A stretch of DNA of 64,000 bases, from NCBI GenBank assembly GCA_009914755.4, contig CP068257.2:33568001-33632000 (forward strand), given 5' to 3'. Made by a program: the position numbers and the translations under genes. The DNA is from the human T2T-CHM13v2.0 reference genome, Homo sapiens. Positions 35,245 to 47,278 of this stretch are shown here, one piece after another (the stretch's first letter is position 1; the number at the start of each line of letters is the position of its first letter). The notes beneath the pieces were generated by a model, which was not told the origin of the DNA, searched no databases, and worked only from the letters and a program-made list of their open reading frames with translations.

Positions 35245-35482
35245 TGCAAACTGACTCAAGGAAGAGAAATGTGTTCAAAAACAGCATGGGGTAGATTGGA
35301 ATGTCCCAGCTCTAATCTAAGAGACATGTGTTTCTGTAGGGATGACAGACTCTGCCTCAACACATTTTGAATTATCCAGAACACTGATATTTGCAGATAC
35401 ATTTTGGTTCTGTAATAATGAATAAAGGCAAATTGTTCATTCAAGAGGTATTTGTTGAATAACTTTCATTTTATAGCATTGT
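35245..35482 (+). repeat. Copy 2 of the 238 bp local direct repeat
   Basis: tgcaaactgactcaaggaagagaaatgtgttcaaaaacagcatggggtagattggaatgtcccagctctaatctaagagacatgtg...tttcattttatagcattgt. Offset from copy 1 is 2603 bp. Confidence 0.85.
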
Positions 35483-35883
35483 GGAAATGTCTTTCAGCAA
35501 AATAAACATATTTTCACACAAGCAACAGCAAGAGAATCTATTACCAGCAGGTCCTCACTAATAGAACTTCTTTAGGATGTATGTTCAAAGGAAAGGAAGA
35601 TGGCCCCAGAATCCAGATACAGATAAAGGATTGATGAGCAAAGAAAACACGTGGATCTCACAAATATAATGTGAAGCAAAAATGGCACTGACAGATTATT
35701 CGTTCATCAGAGAACCACGTATAAAAAGTTCAAATACTCAAACATATCTTGACTGGGGGCACATACATAGGAGGAAACCTATAAGGAAAACCAGGCAATA
35801 AATACACGAATTTCAGATCATGTTCACCTGTTGAAGGAGAAAGCAGAGAGTGTCACTGCATTTTTATGTTCTTCTGGAGCATA

Positions 35884-36134
35884 CTCATAGATCTACCATG
35901 GACCAAGAACCACTGTGCCTGTATGACTGGCTATAGGACAAGAACAATTGCAATGAGGTGCTTGTCTTCAAGGAGCTTACTACAGTCTAGTGGGAGAGGA
36001 AAGCCATGACTCTATAGCTCAGGACATGCTGATAGCATAAATGCACACAAATCCACCCATACTTTACTTTGATATCCCTTTCTGGTTGACCCTCAACCTG
36101 AGTGCCAGACTCCCTTCAATACCCAAACATACCA
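35884..36134 (-). repeat. Arm 1 of a roughly 250 bp inverted repeat (L2 3'-end-like sequence, reverse orientation)
   Basis: catagatctaccatggaccaagaaccactgtgcctgtatgactggctataggacaagaacaattgcaatgaggtgcttgtcttcaaggagcttactacagtctagtgggagaggaaagccatg...gagtgccagactcccttcaatacccaaacatacca is the reverse complement (about 85% identity, collinear) of 36710-36958. Confidence 0.8.
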
Positions 36135-36709
36135 TATGTATCAGATGAATGAATGAATGAGTAGAGGAGTGCTTATTTTATATTCTGTATATCTTGCATA
36201 TAAATCATAGGCACACATATTGTTTGGTGTATTTGAAACATTTAATAGCATAAAATATTTAAATAATCTTTCAGAATCCACCTTGAGAGTTGCGGATAAT
36301 AATATATTTTGAACAGAAATTTCAAAATGTGCCTCAGTCTAATATGTATTTGTCCCTGCAAAAAGCTGGGAAGGTAAGAATGGAAGTGGAAAAGGATAAA
36401 ACATGTCAATTTAGAGAAGACTTTTCCCTATCTGGCATCCCTTGAAATCAACAGTTAGATAATAGATAAACTACATGGGGAAATTTTGTACCATTTGAGG
36501 GTGTAATCTGCCACATTATTTCATGAGAAAGTTTGGTCATGTGGTCTTTGGTCATGTGGTCTTTTTTTTTTCTTTCCTTCTTTGCAGTGACCTACAGGAA
36601 GCTCAAAGCTGTGTGTTCAGCTGCTCTGGCTTTCTTCATGGTGGGGCTTAGCATTGATTCCCTCTCCTGATGGCTCCCTATGGCACTCCAAGGCTGAGAC
36701 ATATTTGAG

Positions 36710-36958
36710 GCTGGTATGTTTGGGTATGGAAGGGAGTCTGGCACTCGGGTGGAGGGTAAGCCTGAAAGGGATATTAAAGTAAAGGATGGGTACAGTTATC
36801 TGTATTTAGGCTATCAGCATGTCCTGAGCTTTACTGCCATGGCTTTTCCCTCCCACTGGACTGTAAGCTCCTTGAAGACAAGGGCCTCATTGCAATTGTT
36901 CTTCATCCTGTAGCTGGTCATGCAGGCACAGTGGTGCATGGTGTGTGGTAGATCTATA
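36710..36958 (+). repeat. Arm 2 of the inverted repeat (L2 3'-end-like: ...ggactgtaagctccttgaagacaagggcctc...aaatgaatgaatga)
   Basis: tggtatgtttgggtatggaagggagtctggcactc...catggcttttccctcccactggactgtaagctccttgaagacaagggcctcattgcaattgttcttcatcctgtagctggtcatgcaggcacagtggtgcatggtgtgtggtagatctat. It resembles the conserved LINE-2 3' terminus (ctagactgtaagctccttgagggcagggac...caataaatatttgttgaatgaatga). Confidence 0.8.
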
Positions 36959-38165
36959 AATACATATCAAATGAATGAATGACATACCATGGACAGCTCT
37001 CTTCCTATCCTATTGCTAGAGCACATGGGCTCGCAGGCAGGTGAGTGAACACAAACATGTGTGCACCCCACACACACACACACGTACAAACTCACACATC
37101 CATCATTTACATGCAGAAGTTACATTATACTTTCATGCCACCATCTGAGAATTCCAAAGAGAATATCAGGTGAAATACGTTAAATTACTTTTGCACATGC
37201 TACAGGTCATGAGAGTATGAGTTCATGAGAAAGGAGACACTGAAACTGAATTAGCAACAGAGAGCAGAGGTTGTGCTGAAGGGAAAGCAATGTTAATGCC
37301 AGGAAGGAGTCTGGTGTTGTACGTGGGAAATTTGGGATAAACTGCATGGATTTTACAGCCTTCCAGGGAGGCAGAGTGCTGGAGTAGGTTCAGAAAGCAT
37401 TTCTGAAAACCTCTTTCTTCTAGTCACCCTGCCTAATTTCCTCTGACTCTGTCCTCCCCTGGCTGCATTTCCTGTTTCTGGTTAGAACTCTGACCTAAGT
37501 TTCTTTATTTCGGAACTAAGCAGAATTACTTGTTTCAGTGAATACATTTGTGGACCACAGCAATGGGGAGAAAGGAGCCTGAGAAAAGTGTTCCTCCGGC
37601 CCTTGAGGTCAAAGACCTGTAGGAAGTGGTATGGCAATGACCTTCAGTGACAGCAAGCCCGTGATGTGACTTCAGCAAAGTGGGATGGGCCATTTTCACT
37701 CACTGAGCTTGTCAGATGACCTTTTCTTGATTCACCATTACCTGGAGAGTTTATCCAACTGCTGGGACACAGGAGATGTGAAGAAATGGGTATACTGGTT
37801 TGAAGGATAAATTTGCCTTCTAGCTGAACAGAAATCTGAGAGCTGCTGAATCACCTGCAAAATTATATCTTGTTCTGTAGTTTGTTTCCTAAGTTTCCTG
37901 GGATTTGATTAGTCAGGAAAAGACCACACCACTAGCAGGGGAAGTCCAGGAACAAGGGAGCCAATGAGTTCTGTGTCCTACTTAAATGAACCTTGAAGGT
38001 ATCCAGGAGAATCCTTCCTTCTAGCTATGGAAAGATGGGAGATGGGGCAAAGTGATGCCCAGTCATGGCCAAGAAAGATCTGATGTTTCTACAAACAGCT
38101 CTCCCTTTCTTGCATATCTACCTAAACTGGAGACCCTTTTATCTTCTGCCAGCCTGCTTCAAGGC

Positions 38166-38190
38166 TTTTTTTTTTTTTTTTTTTTTTTTT
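38166..38190. repeat. T25 homopolymer
   Basis: ggc then an uninterrupted run of 25 T, then gtgg. Confidence 0.95.
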
Positions 38191-38654
38191 GTGGAAATAA
38201 GTTAGGTGGGTGGGAAAGGAAGAAATGCAAAGTTGTGTCTGCCTGTGATTAATCTTCTCCAGAACACACCTGGGTCTTAGAATCACAGAGGCTTTGGATC
38301 GGAGGGGGCTGAGCCGAGCAAATTGTTCGGGAGTGGGTAGAAGGATAAGAGGTCAGGTGGGTAGATGGAGAGGGCCTCATGGAGGGACTTCCCCATAAAT
38401 GCAGCTCCTGCATCCACAGTCCTTTCAAATGTGCTGTGCTTCACTAAGATCAAATGCATGGGAACTGGGCAGTTTTCCAACTTGTCCTTAATTGTACTCT
38501 TGCTAGCATGGCTTTATTAGTGGGTTCTAAGTGTTGTGAATGCCAAGAAAATCGGACATCATAGAATAAAGGCTATATTTTACAACCAAATATTAAGCAT
38601 ACCTTTCATGTATTACTGTTTCCCAGTGGACTGCAACATTTTTACATCTATTAT

Positions 38655-38800
38655 TACATTTATCCTCACTACCTCCGTATGAATTATGCAGGGACTTATG
38701 CTCATTTTTCACATAACTAAACTGCAAATCAGAGAGGTTAAGTAATTTGCTCCAGGTCACACAGCTACTAAGTGAAAGAATCAGGACAAGTATTCAGATC
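38655..38800 (-). mobile_element. MIR SINE fragment
   Basis: tcatttttcacataactaaactgcaaatcagagaggttaagtaatttgctccaggtcacacagctactaagtgaaagaatcaggac compared with MIR reverse complement ttttacagatgaggaaactgaggcacagagaggttaagtaacttgcccaaggtcacacagctagtaagtggcagag. Confidence 0.55.
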
Positions 38801-39330
38801 TTCTTTTTACACTAGCAGTTTGGTTCTGTCCATCCACTACTGATGGAGATTTAACTATGATACGGTTACAAGAAAACAAATAATTTCCTCATTGACAATT
38901 TTTCCTGAAGGGCTCTCTTCCCAATACAATTCCCTTCTCAATACAGTTGACCAGTATTTAAATGAGTCAATATCCCCGAAAGTTGAAAATATCAGAAATT
39001 CTGGATTGTTAAAAAAAAAATACGTCTTCTGGATAATTCTCGGGAAATGCTGTAGAAAGAGATCTGTTTTTGTCATACTCTCTGGGACAGTCGGTTCAAG
39101 TCTCTGCTTTCTTTAGGGCCAGTCCATCCATTAGAGAAGCAAATCAAGTTCTAGAGAGGGTGGTACATTGTCCAAACTTATGAAAGACTCTACTCAAAGG
39201 TGGACATGGAACTGTGACCCAGAAACCGTGAGTCCTGTCACCCCTTCTTGCGAATGTGATGTAGGCTGGGTCCTTTTGGAAGCCAAATGCTTCCAAGAAC
39301 TCGTTGGCTTTATTTATTAAAGAAGTTCTG

Positions 39331-39716
<386 letters not shown>

Positions 39717-40639
39717 CTACAAGCCCAGGAAGTCACATTCGCCCTCCTTTATGTACCCTCCATGAAAATGAGAGCTTGTCTGATTGGACCAGCTCATTGC
39801 CATTTAGGGGAGTCTGAAAGACGAGCACACCTGGGTGGTGATGGCTATGGAAGTTTATGCTTCTAAAATTAAGGATCAGTAAGTAAACGCCCTTTAAATG
39901 CAGTCTATCTGTGCGATGGTTCTGAAGTATTATAAAATTCTGATGCCTCATTTCATGTCAGTCTTGGGAAAATGTTCTCTCGTATATTATTGTTTGGTGT
40001 GCAAACAATTAAATATATTGGAAGGCAAAATTAAGCAATTTCCATAAAACCTTAAATATGCCTATCTTTTGAGCCAGGAATTCCTTCTTTAAGAATTTAT
40101 AAGCACAGAGAGGTCCACTCAAGGATGCTTATTTTAGTAGCGTTTATAACAGTCAACAATTAATATTCAAGTAACAACTTGTATGTCAATCAGTGGGCAA
40201 TGGGATGGATAAATTGCTGTCCAGTTACGTAGTAGAATATTTTTTGGTTAATAAAGAAAAAGAGATAGAACTTCTAGTACTACTATGAAGTTGTCTCTAC
40301 CATACGTAAGGCAGAAAGAGCAAATTACAGGATAACTTGTATGTTATATTTTTATTTTGTGGAAAAGAGAAAAACGTGCATACACCTTTAAGACTTCACG
40401 TGCATGGATAATGGACTAGAAGGAGATATATGAAGTTTTGAACACTTGTCAGCTCTTTGGGGAGAGAATGGGAAGAGGACATGTTTGTCTTTTTTCCTCT
40501 TATACGCAGTCTAGTATTTTTCAGTTGTTTTGTATTGCGCAAGTACTACTTTCATCACTTGAAATATCAATACATATTTAAGGAAGAAATAGCCAACATG
40601 TATGTTGGGCTTGCTGTATGCGACGCAGAATGCTAAATA

Positions 40640-40800
40640 TCTTACATGCATGATCTCACAGGTTACTCACAGTGGCTCTGAGGGGCAGGTGGTAGTATCA
40701 GCCCATCTTACAAAAGAGAAAAGTAAGAATCAGAAAGACTAAATAACTTGCCCCAGGTTACACAGCTAGTGAAGGCAGAATGGTCTCCGGAGAAGAGGAC
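40640..40800 (-). mobile_element. MIR SINE fragment
   Basis: cccatcttacaaaagagaaaagtaagaatcagaaagactaaataacttgccccaggttacacagctagtgaaggcagaatgg matches the MIR core in reverse complement. Confidence 0.5.
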
Positions 40801-42967
40801 TCATGCACTTAACCCCTGGCTCTGCTGCTCTTCAAGGCGGTGGCCTGCACCCAGCCATCTATGAGGGGCCATTAAAGATTCTGAGTGTGGGGCCAGCAGA
40901 TGGGATTTGCTCCAGTGAGGAGGGGCTGGAGCTCTTTCTAAGTGACATGGTATTACACTATGCTGAGTGGATTTTGTCCCCAGCTGCTGCTCTGGGGGTG
41001 ATTCTTTGCATGGGCCTGCAATTCAGCGATGAGAAAACTAAGAAAAAGGTTCCCCTGAGTCTCTCTGGACTTTCACTTAGGGGGAAAAGTAATCCGTACA
41101 AAATAATGACTTCCTGACCCCAGTTCCTGGAGAAAGCCGAGAGACAGCTTCTGCTGAACTCAGAAGTGCTGTTTTCCTACGTGAACTGGGGTAAAGGTAC
41201 TGACCAGAGAGAAGCTGCCCTCTGGGCACTGGCATCTCTTCTGGGAACAGGGTTTTGGCCCTTCTGCAAGTGGCCACAGAGATCGGGTTACAGCAGTGCT
41301 GAGCTGGAGTAAAGTCCAGGCCTGGGGTCAAGCAAGGCCTGAGAACTGTTCGGGAACTGACTCACCCCAAAGCCCTCAGCCGAAGAGGCAGGTCCCAGAG
41401 CCCACTCTGCTCACCTCTCAGAGTGAGGGGCTTCGGCAACACCAGTCCTGCCCACTTCAGGGAACAGTGTAAAAACAAGGGAGGCTTGAGAATTCAAAAG
41501 TTCTGGTAAAACTATGTATGGGACCTCTTCCTTAGCCAGGTGCATAACCCTGCTGATCTAGACTTTTTAAAAATATCCCAAATTCCCTCTGCCTGGAGTG
41601 CTTTCTTCAATCTAACTATACCTGGGCATTTCTTCCCCATGGGCTAAGATTCAAAACAAGTGTGGCTTCCTCCCTGAAGGTAAATCCACATCCCGGCCTA
41701 GCAGGGGCCCCTCTGCTGGCTCTGAGAGCATTGTGTGTGACCCCCCCAAGTCCTCCTTAAACTCCCCACTTCAAGGATGTTGTTTCTTTTCACATCTCAC
41801 TCTTCCACCCAACCACGAGCTAGAGAAAGACATTGGGACTCCTCCCCGGCACAGGGTGGCACGGTTGATAGCTGTGACCTACCTGAACTGTAGACAGCCC
41901 CTCTCCGCCTGAGGAAGAACAGGGGCTAACCACCATGTCTGGGTTTCATGTAGGGTTTGTCTTTCACCGGTGAGGGTAAAGCTTTTGAAAGAGATCCTAG
42001 AGAGAATGAAAGGAGGGGCCTGGGAGTGAGAGGAGAAATAAAAGGCTTATAGGGAGCACCTCCCTATAGTCACAAAGGCCATCCTTCCTGGCAGATTAAT
42101 TAAACAAAAGATAACCATCCAGGAAGACAAACTTAAAAAGGAGAATCCTCTAGGCAGATTAATGACAGAAACCAACGCTTTCACCCTCTGCCCACTTCCT
42201 TTGGATAGGTGCTTTTGTGCAGTACACAAACCGCACAGCCAGATATGGCAGCCCTGAGAATAACATTAACATATCACGTGCCGAGCTCCTTTTAAGTGCA
42301 GGTGCTAGATCAGGTGTTTTGCATATGCGATTTCATTGAATCTCCATATTGACTCTACGAAACAGGGACTAGTGTCCTCATTTTAAAGACAAACTAAACT
42401 GAGACTTAAAGAGGGCATTTTCTCAAGGGCACCCAGCTAAAAAGCAGAAGTTAGCCTTCGACTCCACTGTGCTGGCTCTGGACGGTCTGCTTCTAACCTA
42501 CACTCTGCTAGGTCTCAGGAAAGCAAATGCAAACAGATGTCTGCACACATCCTGCAAAAAAACTGATGGCCAAGAGGAAACATATCCCAGGAGAAGGAAT
42601 TAATAGACTTCAGAAAATGGGAGATTTCAGACAAAGGGCAGATGTCTTCTGGAACACTGCACAAAGCAAATTGATGGCAAATGCCAACAGGTGTCTGTTT
42701 TAGGAGAGGGAGCACCTGCCAGTGTGGGGAACGTGGTGGCTGAGGAGAGGGTGACGCAGCAGCACCTGTTCTCTTAATGTGACATGGCCAAAGGCTTCTT
42801 CACAGTTGGCTGAAATTACAAGACAGGAGGATGGGCAGCCCTGGCTTCAGAAAACTGGTCTGTGAAGCGGATAAAGAAGACAGAACAAAGAATTCTGATC
42901 AGGCATAAAACATTTGTCGGAGGAAGAAGTGCTGACGCCCTTAAATTTGCAAAAGAAACAAGAAAGA

Positions 42968-43660
<693 letters not shown>

Positions 43661-44812
43661 GTTTTCTTTGAGAAATTAGGAGATGGTTGTTTAGTGGTGT
43701 GAAGATGATATGTTTACTGTATACATAATACATTATTTTTTTAGAAGCCTGCTAGCAGTACATTGAGTAAGTTATATGAAAGTAATTAGCAAATGCAAAA
43801 CTTGATTTAAATCTAAGGTACATTTGGGTTCATGTATTTCAGAAATGTCCATTAAGCACACCCAATGTTCAAGGGCCTCTGGTAGGACCTGGGGCCACCA
43901 AGATGCATTGGACATCAAGCCTGCCTTCAGGAGCCCATGCCACAGTGAGAAGTAGATAATAGAGTATCAAGAGCAGACAGTGGGTGACATTCCAGCTTTG
44001 GCAGTAGGAGGTGCGTTTTCTGTAGAGAATTTAAAAACAATAACAAAACTGACAAAAAGCCAGTAATTCTAAACAATATCTGTGATAAAATGCTTCTCCA
44101 AAAAAGTTAGGGCTTGGCTCAGTGCAGCTGGCTGTCTGTTTCTGTGATAAAGTTTTATTGGAACCAGTCACTCTTATTCATTTACATATTTATTATCTAT
44201 GGCAGCTTTCTTTCATGCTACAACGGCAAAGTTGAGTAGTCGTGACAGAGGCCAGATGGCCACAGAGAATAAACTATTTACTATCTAGTCCTTAACAGAA
44301 AATGTTTGCTGACCTCTGGTCTGAGTTATAAATAACTGCTGCAATTACTGTTGAGTTTCGATAATAATATCTATGTCAACTTCAATTAGCACATCTTTAT
44401 TAGCTGTCCTTTAATAAACATTTGGTTCTACAGGGAAGTTAATTCCAGAACTCCAGTTATATAGTGTTCCCTAAGGACTCAGCTGCATGTATTTGTTTTG
44501 AGAGTCTAAGTTTGTCACTAATTGAGGTCTATTCTTATCTCCAACCCATATAACATTCTTGGATTTAAAGGGCGGATTCAAAATAGTTGATGATAACACT
44601 CTGATTATAAAGTCCAAAAAATCGAGCTTGAATTACATATTTTTTTGTTCTATGTGTCCCTTTGGATTTTTAATGTTTAAAAGTTAAAACAATGAAACTG
44701 AAAACTTAAAATAATGAAACCGAGTGTAAACTACAAGGCGTGATAATTTTGCTTGGTAGGCGCAAATATTAGTTCCCACATGGTGTAGGTACAGAATTTA
44801 AGTGGTATTTTA

Positions 44813-45232
<420 letters not shown>

Positions 45233-46339
45233 TTAAAGAATGACTGCATGAGGAATAAGGGCCAAGTGTCATGAGAAATGTGCCATGACAGAGTGTCACA
45301 GAGGTTTCAGAGGAGGACAGTCCTTCCACATGGAGGAAGTCAGTCAGTGTGCTTCCTGTTGGGAGGAAATGCTCCTGAGAACTGCCGTGATGCCCATGAG
45401 GATGCGAGTGTGTGTGTATGCTTGTGCACCAGCCAGGATGAACGTGCACAAAGAGCAACCTCCCTTCTCCCCATGCGAAACATATGGAGAACTTGGTGTG
45501 GGTTCTTCAACTCCAAGCCTGTGCATGAGACTCCAGATAATTGTCGGGATTGCACCAGGGGGAAGGGAGGGGGAAAATCAGAAGGAAAGGCTTTCCAATC
45601 TCCCCTGATCATTTGCTTTCAATCCAGAGAGATATATTAATGGTATGAGGATAGCGGCCTTCTCAGTCTAGACTCTGCCACAAGAGAACATGCCTCCAGG
45701 TCAATCAAGAAGGGGCCCTGTGCAGACAAGTCAGGCTCTGCACTGGAAGGTCAGAGGCAGGTGTGGTTGCCTTTAGGACCTGCAAATCTTGCAAGAGACC
45801 TCTGACTTGGTCCCTGATGTTCCACCCACATGCTGTCAGAGAGATGAAGGCAGCATGATGAAAGGACGCAGACTTGGTTCTATGTGGGATAAAGCCATGT
45901 CTCAAAGCCTGGCCCATGGTGTGTGTAATCAGGGCCCTGCTTCAAAAAGCAGATGATGGGCCCCACCCTAGATACATTGAATGAGATGCTCCAGAGAATG
46001 AGGCCTAGCGGTGTGCATATTTAACAAGCTCTCTGGGTGATTCTTGTTCACCAGGAAGTTTAAGGACTGAGAAGAAGGCTATAGACAGCCAGCCAGCTCC
46101 ATCTGCAGCTCTGCTGTCCAGGTGTGACCTGTATTCATCTCAGTGCCAAATGAGTCATCACAGTCTGCAAGTTTTGTGCTGAAGTTGCTAAGAAATACCG
46201 AATTTAAGAAATATACAAATATAAGATATTCTATACATAGTAAAATATATAAGAAATTAGATATATAAGAATAGCTCCATTTTGAAGACTCTACTAAGTA
46301 CTTACTTAATATAGTAACTGATGAATCTGTATTGTGAGA

Positions 46340-46520
46340 CAGATTCTACCTCCTTCTCTCTCATTGTACAAGTATCACACTTGTAGCCCATTTTACAAGT
46401 GAGAAAACCCAGGCACAGGGTTAAGCATTTGCTCAAGACGTTAATAGCTATTGGATTTAAATGTGGAGGCAGGATTCAAACATGGGCCAGCTGACTCTGG
46501 GGCCATCACCTTTAAGTACG
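46340..46520 (-). mobile_element. MIR SINE
   Basis: tcacacttgtagcccattttacaagtgagaaaacccaggcacagggttaagcatttgctcaagac...ggaggcaggattcaaacatgggccagctgactctggggccatcacc is collinear with the MIR reverse complement (ttttacagatgaggaaactgaggcacagagaggttaagtaacttgcccaaggtcac...ggcagagccgggattcgaacccaggcagtctggctccagag). Confidence 0.55.
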
Positions 46521-47241
46521 AGGCACTGTTGTCTCCCGACAAGTTAAGAGAAACTGAACTGTTCTGAATGCAACCTTGAGCCTGGAAAATATGCTTGGGC
46601 ACATGATATAGCATTGTTGACAAATCTCAGGACCACTATGGGAAAGCAAGGGTCCTAGGCTAGACCGTGTTGTTTGAGGTTTATCACATTGCTTTTGCAT
46701 CTCTAGACTTCCATTTGCAAAGCTGTATAACAATAGTCTCTGTGGCATTTTCTACCTTTTGAAATCTCTGTCCCAATTGAAGAGCAAATTAAAAATGGGG
46801 CACCAACAATATAGGTTAAGTCAGGTATGAATTCAGCAAAAGGTTCCCACAGTTCCCAAAGAGAAATGCTACATTCACCTGAGAACTTCATAAAAATATA
46901 GATTTCTGGATGCAATCTCTCAGGGAACTTCATTCAGGGCACCAAAACGTCTCTTAGGAATTTTGTCACTTTTGGATGATCCCGGGGTTGAGAACAATAA
47001 CCTGCAACAGTATTAGGATTTGAAAACCTTGCATCCTTGTTTTGATTTTTAAGGTCAAGTCCTCACAAGCTTTTCAGTGAGAAAATTGTCCTTTTTTTCC
47101 TCTTTCTCTGTTCTTACCTCCCCCCTTCCTTCTCTCCTTCCCTTTTCCACTCTTTCCTCAAACATATATTGAACACATAGCAGGTGCTAGGTCTTATGCT
47201 AAGTTTGGAAAATACACCTCCTGCATGAATGGAATGTATAT

Positions 47242-47278
47242 TGTGTGTGTGTGTGTATGTGTGTGTGTGTGTGTGTGT
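47242..47278. repeat. Imperfect (GT)n microsatellite
   Basis: tgtgtgtgtgtgtgtatgtgtgtgtgtgtgtgtgtgt. Confidence 0.9.
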
